A DNA stretch of 64,000 nucleotides from Bacteroidia bacterium (GCA_002749065.1 PDTX01000003.1:145685-209684); one strand, 5' to 3'. Positions 27,796 through 36,379 are shown, counted from the stretch's first letter. Notes: generated by a model not told the origin, from the sequence alone. Numbers and translations are program-made.

Positions 27796-29484
27796 TTAAA
27801 TCTCTTCCCAGGCCCAGTCGCAGTCGCCGCGCGTCTCCTCGCGCAGGTCGAAGGCCGCCCCGATGCCAAAAATGGGCTTGCCCTTGGCCCGGTGTGGCTC
27901 GGCGTAGGCCTTGGAGCGAATCTGGGCCAGGGCCGTCTGGCCGGTCTCCTGCCCGTGGGTCACCTTCAGCTCGAAGATGTAGATGGCGCTGGGCAGCTCC
28001 AGCACCACGTCCGCGCGCCCACGGACGGAGTGTGGCTCGGCGCGCACATCGCAGCCCAGGGCCGTGAACCACGCGTAGAGCGCCACCTGGAACAGCTCCT
28101 CGTAGACCCGTAGGCGGGCTGCGCGCCGCTTCTCCTCCCGCTCGAGGATGTCGGTCGCATCGAGCTTCTGCGTGGCCACCGCGCTGTAGGGGATGCCCGC
28201 GATGAGGGCCAGCAGCTCACACATAGCCTGCTCCACCCTGCCCTCATTGAGCTGGCGGAGGAAGTTCGCACCCTGGGCCCGGCGGAGGGCGGGTACACTC
28301 GGGCCAAATATCTCCAGCAGCACCCGCCAGAAGGAGGTCTCCACCTCGTGGTTCGGAAAGCCCAGATCGAAGAGGTTTGTGCGGGAGTCGAAGCCCTTAA
28401 TGGTCAGGTAGCCAGTCTGGTATAGCAAGGGGATGGGGTTGCGGCCGGTAAAATCCAGCCGTAGCATGTCCAGCTCATCGAGATAGATCGTACCGGTGAG
28501 CATCTGGAAATCAAAAGTATAGGTGGGGAACACGGTTGCCAGCAGGGCCGGGGTGCCCGTCCGCGCCCAGTAGTTGCCCAGCTGCCGCTGCTCAAGGCTA
28601 AAGATCACGCTCTGCGGGTTGTACACATACACGTCGCGGGTCGTGAAGCGGTAGCCGTCGTACTCATGGCGCAGACGGTCGATCTGCTCCTCGGGTGTTA
28701 TGCCCCCCTCCGCGGCCATGGCGGCAATCTCCGGGCCGAAGGCCTCCACCATCTCCCCCTCCGTCAGGCCGAAGAGGGTGGCGTAGCGGGGGAGCAGGGT
28801 CATGTCCTGCATCTGGTTCACCCCGCTGAAGAGGCTCAGCTCCGTGAACTGCGTGATGCCCGTGACCACCACCAGCTGCAGGTGCTCCCCGGTCTCCTTG
28901 ATGGCCTTGTAGAAGCCGCGGAGCTCCCGCTTGTAGTGCTCATGCAGCTCTCGCTGCGCGGGTAATAGCGTGTCCGTCAGCGGGTTGTCGTACTCGTCGA
29001 CGAGGATGACGGGGCGAAGCCCGCTCTGCTCGTGGGCGGCTATGATGAGCTGGGCCGTCCGGCTGCCGATGGGCCCGCTCGGGCTGAGCCCGTACTCGCC
29101 CTCGTACTGCCTGAGCCAGCGGTCGAGCACGTCGCGCACATCGTCCCGCTCGCTGAAGCCCGAGGCGGAGAAGCCGAAGAAGAAGGTGGGGTGCCTCACC
29201 CACTCCGTCACCCCGGCCTCGGCCCGGAGCTGGGCTATCCGCAGCCCCTCGAAGAGATGCCCCTCGCCCTGGAAGTAGCTCTGCAGCGTGCTTATCATCA
29301 GGCTCTTGCCGAAGCGCCTCGGGCGGGCGATGAACTGCACCGCGGGGCCGTTAATCAGCTCCCAGATGAGGTCGGTCTTGTCCACGTAGATGTACTGCTC
29401 CTCGCGCATCATACGGAAGCTCTGCACCCCGCTCGGCAGCCGACGGGGGGATATTTGCCGCGTACTCATGCTGCTATCCTCCAT
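27796..29484 (-). CDS. AAA-ATPase-like / PD-(D/E)XK nuclease fusion protein (AAA-ATPase_like + PDDEXK_9 architecture)
   Basis: About 562 aa. The N-terminus is LPSGVQSFRMMREEQYIYVDKT...ARPRRFGKSL (P-loop). The C-terminus is RGRADVVLELPSAIYIFELKV (D...ELK nuclease core). The track start at 29529 is a TTG upstream of the promoter box. The ATGs at 29484 and 29469 are both possible starts. Confidence 0.85.
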   Translation of the reverse strand: MEDSSMSTRQISPRRLPSGVQSFRMMREEQYIYVDKTDLIWELINGPAVQFIARPRRFGKSLMISTLQSYFQGEGHLFEGLRIAQLRAEAGVTEWVRHPTFFFGFSASGFSERDDVRDVLDRWLRQYEGEYGLSPSGPIGSRTAQLIIAAHEQSGLRPVILVDEYDNPLTDTLLPAQRELHEHYKRELRGFYKAIKETGEHLQLVVVTGITQFTELSLFSGVNQMQDMTLLPRYATLFGLTEGEMVEAFGPEIAAMAAEGGITPEEQIDRLRHEYDGYRFTTRDVYVYNPQSVIFSLEQRQLGNYWARTGTPALLATVFPTYTFDFQMLTGTIYLDELDMLRLDFTGRNPIPLLYQTGYLTIKGFDSRTNLFDLGFPNHEVETSFWRVLLEIFGPSVPALRRAQGANFLRQLNEGRVEQAMCELLALIAGIPYSAVATQKLDATDILEREEKRRAARLRVYEELFQVALYAWFTALGCDVRAEPHSVRGRADVVLELPSAIYIFELKVTHGQETGQTALAQIRSKAYAEPHRAKGKPIFGIGAAFDLREETRGDCDWAWEEI

Positions 29485-29496
29485 GCTTGTTTCATG

Positions 29497-29504
29497 CAAA
29501 GGTA
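29497..29504 (-). promoter_or_regulatory. -7 promoter box TACCTTTG (minus strand) for the AAA-ATPase/PD-(D/E)XK gene
   Basis: Perfect box. The first in-frame ATGs lie 13 and 28 nt downstream. Confidence 0.5.
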
Positions 29505-29568
29505 CGAATTTCCCCCGCGTTGCCTGCAAGTCCTTGGCAAAGAGTGCTGACCCTGAGTGGGTTCAGCC

Positions 29569-29958
29569 CTACTCTTCGTACAGCTCCATTCCCTCCCTCT
29601 TCAGCCCGTCGACGATAATCCCCCGGAGCTTTTCCATAAGCGGTGGCAGGGGCATTTTCCTGAATAAGCTCCAGAAACTCCGGATAATCCCCTTCGCCTC
29701 TATCGAAATCAGGAAGTTCACCTCCTCCCCGCCCATATTCCCCGTGACGACATGTATTATTATGGGGTGATCGGGCTGCTCCACCCGTATCTCGTAGCAA
29801 CTATCCGTGGGGTAGAAGTCGCTCACTGTCAACCCATTCTCCTCCAGGAGCTTGCAGACGAACTCCCCCAAACGCCTACCGAACCTATCGGGGTTTATCT
29901 CCCTCTCCTCGTTGGGGTAGGGCGGAAAGGCCCCGGTTATTATGAGCTCTGTTCTCAT
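29569..29958 (-). CDS. hypothetical 129-aa cytoplasmic protein (no recognisable family)
   Basis: ATG start 18 nt after the stop of the upstream lipoprotein gene. There is no signal peptide or TM helix. I recognise no motif. Confidence 0.6.
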   Translation of the reverse strand: MRTELIITGAFPPYPNEEREINPDRFGRRLGEFVCKLLEENGLTVSDFYPTDSCYEIRVEQPDHPIIIHVVTGNMGGEEVNFLISIEAKGIIRSFWSLFRKMPLPPLMEKLRGIIVDGLKREGMELYEE

Positions 29959-29976
29959 AGCCCTATTTTGTGTTTA

Positions 29977-30813
29977 TTATTTGTCCCGCGTAAAAGGGCG
30001 GAGGGCAAAGTGAAAGCTACGTAGGCCCAGGTCCACATTTATCTTGCTGTCCCCGAAGCTCGCCCCCATGGCCCCCATGCCATCGAAGGGGGAGCACGAC
30101 CACCATCCGCTCCCGTCGCCCCGGTACCACTGCTCCGCGGGGTCGGTGCGACCATCCAGCAGGCCCAGCGCCGGGAAGTAGCGCCGCACCGCATCGCTCG
30201 CGACATCCCAGTAGTCCTCCCGTTGCACCCCCTCAGGGCTCGCCCCATCGTCCACCCGCGCGCGCACCTCCAGACCCAGACCGACCTTGTACTCAAACCG
30301 GAGGGCGTAGGTGCGACTGCCCGACCCGCTCGGCATGCTCTTCACGACATAGGCCACGAGCACATCCCCCTGCCAGCTGAGCGATATCGGCTCCCCATCG
30401 GCATTGGTGAACAGCACCCTCAGCTCCTCCACCGTGGGAATGGCCCACTCCGCATCGCTACTCCCGCCAGCCGCCGCACGCCATTCGGTGAAGCTGTTCC
30501 TCTCCCCCTCCGCGGACTTGCTCCTCAGGGCGGGGTAGCGGAAAAGGCTGCCGAACTTCGCATCCTCCTCCGGAGAGCCCGCCTTCGTGATGCCCTCGAG
30601 GTCCTCCCACCTCTCCGGGACCTGCTCGCAGAAGCCCGCCACCTCGCCGTCGGGCCCAGCCAGCAGGTTCACCCGGGCGAAGCGGGCCAGGTAATTGTCC
30701 CGGTAGGCCGGGTCCGCATCGGGCCCTACCATCATCCCCGAGCCGCATCCGCCCAGCGTGAGCAGCCCTAGCCCCAGGAGCACCCATGCAATCATTAACC
30801 TTATCCTTGCCAT
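29977..30813 (-). CDS. lipoprotein with C-terminal FISUMP/DUF1566-like motif
   Basis: 278 aa with lipobox LTLGG-C-GSG. The C-terminus YFPALGLLDG...GSGWWSCSP...RSFHFALRPF resembles the LPAAGyR...GyYWSSs...g.svRCv pattern of the 'Fibrobacter succinogenes major paralogous' type domain. This is a similarity judged by eye only. Confidence 0.65.
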   Translation of the reverse strand: MARIRLMIAWVLLGLGLLTLGGCGSGMMVGPDADPAYRDNYLARFARVNLLAGPDGEVAGFCEQVPERWEDLEGITKAGSPEEDAKFGSLFRYPALRSKSAEGERNSFTEWRAAAGGSSDAEWAIPTVEELRVLFTNADGEPISLSWQGDVLVAYVVKSMPSGSGSRTYALRFEYKVGLGLEVRARVDDGASPEGVQREDYWDVASDAVRRYFPALGLLDGRTDPAEQWYRGDGSGWWSCSPFDGMGAMGASFGDSKINVDLGLRSFHFALRPFTRDK

Positions 30814-30846
30814 ACTCTCAGCGTATTTACCTTGTTAATAATGCGA

Positions 30847-30854
30847 CAAATATA
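30847..30854 (-). promoter_or_regulatory. -7 promoter box TATATTTG (minus strand) for the lipoprotein/129-aa operon
   Basis: Perfect box 34 nt upstream of the ATG at 30813. A second identical box sits at 30967-30974. Confidence 0.5.
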
Positions 30855-31339
30855 GGGAATATATCGGACAAGGGTACCCCTATTGAGCCATCGGCGGGCG
30901 ATGAGGCCCTGAGGGCGGGCGCGCTACCCCTCAAGCCCAGGATTTATCGGCGCTGCAGACTATTTTCAAATATATGGCGAAGACGATGCTATGCCTCCCC
31001 AGCGTGGGGCTTCGTCCATCGGCGGAGGGGCTGCCGCCCGCATGTGCCCAAAATGCCCGCATTTGCGCATGAGCGATGAGCTGGTTCTCCGTTTTTTTGT
31101 ACCTTGCGCCTCGGGAATTGCATTCTTTGGGGCATTTCTATGGCTTTCAGCTCGACCTTCGGTGCGCCTTTCTGCTGCGCCATCACCACGATACTTCCGC
31201 GGGTGATGAGCGGCGGACAGGGCCCGTCGTCCTGGATGCCGCATGATGCGCACGAAGCCGATGTACCCGCTGTTCCCGGATGATGGGGTAATGCGTAAGC
31301 AGTACCTGTTTGCCGACTTGTTAAACAACCTTGGCACTG

Positions 31340-33697
31340 ATGGATAAGCAGATAGAAAAGAGTAAACCGAACCGCTCCGCGCAGAGGTTCATACGGATTT
31401 TCTGGGGCGCGTTCGGCTCCATCATCCTGCTGGTGGTGCTGCTGTTCACGCTGATTTCCCTCGGGGTTTTCGGCGACATGCCCACCTTCGAGGAGCTGGA
31501 GAACCCCAAGAGCAACCTGGCCAGCGAGGTGTTGGCGGCCAACCACAGCATCCTGGGCACCTTCTACATCCAGAACCGCTCCGGGGTGAGCTACGACGAG
31601 CTCTCGTCCCACCTACCGGCCGCGCTCATCTCCACCGAGGACGAGCGCTTCTACTCCCACTCGGGCATCGATGCCCTCGGCCTGGGGCGCGTCATCCTCA
31701 AGACCGTCCTGCTGCGCCAGCGGGGTGCGGGGGGGGGGTCGACCATATCCCAGCAGCTGGCCAAGAACCTCTTCCCGCGCGACACGGTGCACTCCGCCAG
31801 CAGCCTGGTGCGGGGCGGGCGCCTGGTGCTCTCCAAGTTCAAGGAGTGGGTGACGGCCGTGAAGCTGGAGCGGAACTACACCAAGGACGAGATCTTGACC
31901 ATGTACCTCAACACGGTGCCCTTCGGGTCGAACGCCTTCGGCATCAAGATGGCGGCCCGCACCTTCTTCGACACCACCCCCGACTCGCTGCGGGTGGAGG
32001 AGGCCGCCATGCTGGTGGGCCTGGTCAAGGGGCCAAGCTACTACAGCCCGGTGCGCCACCCGGAGCGCGCGCGCAAGCGGCGGAACGTGGTGCTGCAGCA
32101 GATGGTCAAGTGCGACCGGCTCACCGAGCAGCAGTACGACTCCCTCTCGCAGCTCCCCCTGGAGATAAGGTACAGGATGCAGGACCACAACACCGGGCTG
32201 GCCACCTACTACCGCGAGCTGCTGCGCATCCAGATGACGGCCCAAAAGCCCCAGCGCGGGAGCTACGCCACCCTCGAGGAGTACCAGGCCGACTCCCTAC
32301 GGTGGGAGACGAGCGACCTGTACGGCTGGTGCAACAAGAACCTCAAGCCCGACGGCACGCCCTACAACCTCTACCGCGACGGCCTGAAAATCTACACCCC
32401 CATCGACGCGAACCTGCAGCGCTACGCGGAGGAGGCCATCGCCCAGCACCTCGGCGAGTATCTGCAGCCGGCCTTCTTCCGGGAGAAGAAGAAGTCGCTC
32501 TTCAGCTACAAAATCCCCAAGAAGATGCGCGAGCAGGTAATCCGCCACGGCATCGTGCGCACCGAGCGCTACCGCAACATGCGCGCCGCGGGCGCCACCC
32601 AGCAGGAGATAGACAGCGCCTTCCATAGGAAAATCAGGACCACGCTCTTCTCCTGGAAGGGGGACATCGATACGGTCATCACCCCCTACGATTCGATGCT
32701 CTACATGAAGAAGATTCTGCGCTGCGGCTTCATCGCCATGGAGCCCAACTCCGGGCGGGTGCGGGCCTACGTGGGGGGCAACAGCTTCAAGTACTTCAAG
32801 TACGACCAGGTGTACGTGGCCCGTCGGCAGATCGGCTCGACCATCAAGCCCTTCCTCTACACCCTGGCCATGCAGGAGGGCTACTCGCCCTGCATGCAGG
32901 TGCCCAACGTGCCGCAGGTCTTCCAGGTGGGCAACTCGACCTGGACCCCGAAGAACTCCGGCAAGACCCGCCACGACGGGGAGATGGTCACCCTGAAGTG
33001 GGGCCTGGCCAACTCGGTCAACAACATATCGGCCTGGCTGGTCAAGCAGTTCACCCCGCATGCGGTGGCCAACCTCATGCACAAGATGGGCATCCACAGC
33101 TTCATCGACCCGGTGTGGTCCATCTTCCTGGGCACCTCCCTGATTACCAACTACGAGCTGACCGCGGCCTACAACGCCTTCGCCTCGGGGGGCTGGCACG
33201 TAGACCCCCTGCTGGTGGACCGCATAGAGGACAAGAACGGGAACATCATCTCGCGCTTCTACCCCGAGAAGCGGGTGGTGATCAGCCCCGAGACGGCCTA
33301 CCTGATGGTCAACCTCCTGCGGGGGGTGGTGGACCACGGCTCGGGCCTGCGCATGCGCTACATCTACAAGCTGCAGGGCCCGCTGGGGGGCAAGACCGGC
33401 ACGACGCAGAACCACGCCGACGGGTGGTTCACGATGATACACCCCAACATCGTGCTGGGCACCTGGGTGGGGGCCGATGACCCGCAGGTCTTCTTCAACA
33501 GCATGACCTACGGCCAGGGGGCGAGCATGGCCCTGCCCATCGCGGGGCGCTTCATGCAGAAGGCCTACGCCGACCCGAGCTCCGGCATCAAGGAGACCGA
33601 CGAGTGGAAGGTGCCGGAGAACCTCCGGGGCGTGTACTTCAACTGCAACACCACCGATTCGGTGGAATCCCAGAATGAGGGCGATGAATTCTTCTAA
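31340..33697 (+). CDS. mrcA: penicillin-binding protein 1A (bifunctional transglycosylase/transpeptidase)
   Basis: About 785 aa from the ATG at 31340 (the track start at 31331 is a TTG). GT51 motifs EDERFYSHSGID and RKRRNVVLQQM. Transpeptidase motifs GSTIKP (SxxK), SVN and KTGTT. Confidence 0.92.
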   Translation: MDKQIEKSKPNRSAQRFIRIFWGAFGSIILLVVLLFTLISLGVFGDMPTFEELENPKSNLASEVLAANHSILGTFYIQNRSGVSYDELSSHLPAALISTEDERFYSHSGIDALGLGRVILKTVLLRQRGAGGGSTISQQLAKNLFPRDTVHSASSLVRGGRLVLSKFKEWVTAVKLERNYTKDEILTMYLNTVPFGSNAFGIKMAARTFFDTTPDSLRVEEAAMLVGLVKGPSYYSPVRHPERARKRRNVVLQQMVKCDRLTEQQYDSLSQLPLEIRYRMQDHNTGLATYYRELLRIQMTAQKPQRGSYATLEEYQADSLRWETSDLYGWCNKNLKPDGTPYNLYRDGLKIYTPIDANLQRYAEEAIAQHLGEYLQPAFFREKKKSLFSYKIPKKMREQVIRHGIVRTERYRNMRAAGATQQEIDSAFHRKIRTTLFSWKGDIDTVITPYDSMLYMKKILRCGFIAMEPNSGRVRAYVGGNSFKYFKYDQVYVARRQIGSTIKPFLYTLAMQEGYSPCMQVPNVPQVFQVGNSTWTPKNSGKTRHDGEMVTLKWGLANSVNNISAWLVKQFTPHAVANLMHKMGIHSFIDPVWSIFLGTSLITNYELTAAYNAFASGGWHVDPLLVDRIEDKNGNIISRFYPEKRVVISPETAYLMVNLLRGVVDHGSGLRMRYIYKLQGPLGGKTGTTQNHADGWFTMIHPNIVLGTWVGADDPQVFFNSMTYGQGASMALPIAGRFMQKAYADPSSGIKETDEWKVPENLRGVYFNCNTTDSVESQNEGDEFF

Positions 33698-34145
33698 GCC
33701 CACGCCCAGGCAGGCCCGGCTCGCCATCCTGCTCGCCCTGCTGTGCGTCGGCCTCCTGCCGGCCTGCGACGACAGGGAGGAGAAGTCGCCCGTGCCGCAT
33801 TCGTACGTGAATCTCGTGCTGCCGCTGAACCTGCCGCAGTACGAGCAGCTGAACTTCCCGGGGAGCATCTACACCTGCAAGGACGAGGGCTTCCAGGGGC
33901 GGGGCATCTTCGTGCTGCATTGCCCCGAGGGTGAGGGCTGCTTCAGGGCCTTCGACGCCACCTGCCCGCGCCACCTGCCCGAGCGACCGGTCACCGTCGA
34001 GCTAAAAGGCCACGAGGCGGTGTGCCCCTACTGCAACACGCACTACAACCTCCTCAACGAGGGGGTGGGGGGCGACGGCAAGTACCAGCTCCAGCGCTAC
34101 AAGTGCCACTTCGACCCACCCAACCTGAGCGTGAAGTCCCGCTGA
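33675..34145 (+). CDS. small lipoprotein with Rieske-like Cys/His motifs (hypothetical)
   Basis: 156 aa with lipobox LLPA-C-DD. Contains CPRH ... CPYCNTH. The start overlaps the PBP1A 3' end by 23 nt, and an alternative ATG lies at 33684. Confidence 0.65.
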   Translation: MRAMNSSKPTPRQARLAILLALLCVGLLPACDDREEKSPVPHSYVNLVLPLNLPQYEQLNFPGSIYTCKDEGFQGRGIFVLHCPEGEGCFRAFDATCPRHLPERPVTVELKGHEAVCPYCNTHYNLLNEGVGGDGKYQLQRYKCHFDPPNLSVKSR

Positions 34146-34180
34146 GCCCCCCGTGGCTTGCTTTTACGGCGAATACTAGC

Positions 34181-34188
34181 TACCTTTG
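34181..34188 (+). promoter_or_regulatory. -7 promoter box TACCTTTG for hutU
   Basis: Perfect box 27 nt upstream of the ATG at 34215. Confidence 0.5.
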
Positions 34189-34214
34189 GCCTCATATACC
34201 AAAAGCAGCACGCC

Positions 34215-36224
34215 ATGAACGATTTCCAGACAGAGATACTGGCCGGCATCCCCGCCTCGCTCCCGGCCCCCCGCCCCCTCAGCACGACCCTTAGCCACGC
34301 CCCCCGCCGCAAGGACATCCTCTCGGCCGAGGAGCAACGGCTGGCCCTGCGCAACGCCCTGCGCTACTTCCCCCCGGAGCAGCACGCTGAGCTGGCCCCC
34401 GAGTTCGCGGCCGAGCTGCGGGAGTACGGACGCATATACATGTACCGCCTGCGCCCCTCGTACCAGATGTACGCCCGGCCGATAGGCGAGTACCCGGCCA
34501 GGTGCCAGCAGGCCGCGGCCATCATGCTGATGATACAGAACAACCTGGACCCCGCCGTGGCCCAGCACCCCGAGGAGCTGATCACCTACGGGGGGAACGG
34601 CGCGGTGTTCCAGAACTGGGCGCAGTACCGCCTGGCGATGCAGTACCTGGCGACGATGACCGACCACCAGACCCTGGTGATGTACTCGGGCCACCCGATG
34701 GGCCTCTTCCCCTCGCACCCCGATGCCCCGAGGGTGGTGGTGACCAACGGGATGGTCATACCGAACTACTCCAAGCCCGACGACTGGGAGCGCCTCAACG
34801 CGCTGGGCGTATCGCAGTACGGCCAGATGACGGCGGGCTCCTACATGTACATCGGCCCGCAGGGCATAGTGCACGGCACGACCATCACCGTGCTGAACGC
34901 CGGGCGCACCCGCAAGGCGGCCGATGCGCCAGACCTCGGGGGGATGCTCTTCGTGTCGTCCGGTCTGGGGGGCATGTCCGGGGCCCAGCCCAAGGCCGGC
35001 AGGATATCCGGCGTGGTGAGCGTCATCGCCGAGATAAACCCCCACGCGGCCCAGAAGCGGCACGCGCAGGGCTGGGTCGACGAGCTGTTCGAGAGCCTCG
35101 ACGAGCTGCTGCCCCGGGTTCGGAAAGCGATGGCGGGCCGGGAGGCCGTGTCGATCGCCTACCTCGGGAACGTGGTCGATCTCTGGGAGCGGCTGGCCCA
35201 GGAGGATATCCCCGTGCATCTGGGGAGCGACCAGAGCTCGCTGCACAACCCCTTCTCGGGGGGCTACTACCCCGTGGGCCTGAGCTTCGAGGAGGCCAAC
35301 GCGATGCTCGCCTCAAAGCCGGAGGAGTTCAAGCAGCGGGTGCACGAGTCGCTGCGCCGCCAGGTGAAGGCCATCAACACCCTGGCCGAGCGGGGCATGT
35401 ACTTCTTCGACTACGGCAACGCCTTCCTCCTGGAGTCGAGCCGGGCCGGGGCCGACATCCTGGCCGCGGATGGGAAGGGCTTCCGCTACCCCTCCTACGT
35501 GCAGGACATCATGGGGCCGCTGTTCTTCGACTACGGCTTCGGCCCCTTCCGCTGGGTGTGCACCTCCGGTAGGCCGGAGGACCTCGCCCTCACCGACCAG
35601 ATAGCCCTGGAGGTGCAGGAGGACATGCTGCGGACCGCCCCCGAGGAGATCCGGGCCCAGCTCGAGGACAACATCCTCTGGATAAAGGGCGCGCAGCAGA
35701 ACCGGCTGGTGGTGGGCTCCCAGGCCCGCATCCTCTACGCCGATGCTGAGGGCCGAGCGCGCATCGCCCACCGCTTCAACGAGGCCGTTCGGCTCGGCAG
35801 GCTGAGCGCCCCCGTCGTGCTGGGCAGGGACCACCACGACGTATCGGGCACCGACTCCCCCTACCGCGAGACCTCCAACATATACGACGGCTCGCAGCTC
35901 ACGGCCGACATGGCCATCCACAACGTCATCGGCGATGCCTTCCGCGGGGCCACCTGGGTATCCATCCACAACGGCGGGGGCGTGGGCTGGGGCGAGGTGA
36001 TCAACGGCGGCTTCGGGCTGGTGGTCGACGGGTCGCCCGAGGCGGATATGCGCCTGGAGCGGATGCTCTTCTGGGACGTGAACAACGGCATAGCCCGTAG
36101 GTCCTGGGCGCGCAACCCCAGCGCCATGTTCGCCATGGCCCGGGAGATGGGCCGCACGCCCGCCCTCCAGGTGACCATGCCGCACCTGGTGGACGACAGC
36201 CTCATAGAGGGGGCGATGGGCTAG
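34215..36224 (+). CDS. hutU: urocanate hydratase
   Basis: 669 aa from the ATG at 34215 (the track start at 34158 is a TTG overlapping the promoter box). Full-length urocanase similarity is evident by eye (YGGNGAVFQNW, GLGGMSGAQP, RDHHDVSGTDSPYRETSN). Confidence 0.95.
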   Translation: MNDFQTEILAGIPASLPAPRPLSTTLSHAPRRKDILSAEEQRLALRNALRYFPPEQHAELAPEFAAELREYGRIYMYRLRPSYQMYARPIGEYPARCQQAAAIMLMIQNNLDPAVAQHPEELITYGGNGAVFQNWAQYRLAMQYLATMTDHQTLVMYSGHPMGLFPSHPDAPRVVVTNGMVIPNYSKPDDWERLNALGVSQYGQMTAGSYMYIGPQGIVHGTTITVLNAGRTRKAADAPDLGGMLFVSSGLGGMSGAQPKAGRISGVVSVIAEINPHAAQKRHAQGWVDELFESLDELLPRVRKAMAGREAVSIAYLGNVVDLWERLAQEDIPVHLGSDQSSLHNPFSGGYYPVGLSFEEANAMLASKPEEFKQRVHESLRRQVKAINTLAERGMYFFDYGNAFLLESSRAGADILAADGKGFRYPSYVQDIMGPLFFDYGFGPFRWVCTSGRPEDLALTDQIALEVQEDMLRTAPEEIRAQLEDNILWIKGAQQNRLVVGSQARILYADAEGRARIAHRFNEAVRLGRLSAPVVLGRDHHDVSGTDSPYRETSNIYDGSQLTADMAIHNVIGDAFRGATWVSIHNGGGVGWGEVINGGFGLVVDGSPEADMRLERMLFWDVNNGIARRSWARNPSAMFAMAREMGRTPALQVTMPHLVDDSLIEGAMG

Positions 36225-36250
36225 AGGGGCGCAGGGGCAAGAATAGGGTA

Positions 36251-36287
36251 GCGGGGTGTGCTCTCCCGGGAGTACGCCCCGCTTTTT
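36251..36287 (+). terminator. rho-independent terminator after hutU
   Basis: GCGGGGTGT ... ACGCCCCGC stem (one G-U pair) followed by T5. Confidence 0.8.
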
Positions 36288-36345
36288 ATGGCCCCGCTTC
36301 TGTACTCAGACAAGCGCGAATGGCCTGGCCCACGCCATTTTTTCC

Positions 36346-36353
36346 TATCTTTG
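36346..36353 (+). promoter_or_regulatory. -7 promoter box TATCTTTG for purD
   Basis: Perfect box 27 nt upstream of the ATG at 36380. Confidence 0.5.
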
Positions 36354-36379
36354 CGAGCCATAATCAACGAAGTACAGCC

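Noticed and set aside
30966-31612. ORFs 30966-31337(-), 30989-31612(-) and 30991-31206(+) in the lipoprotein/PBP1A divergent region.
   Set aside because: They overlap each other and the PBP1A 5' end. They have no promoter box in the proper position, and their Arg/Pro/Ala-rich products have no motifs.
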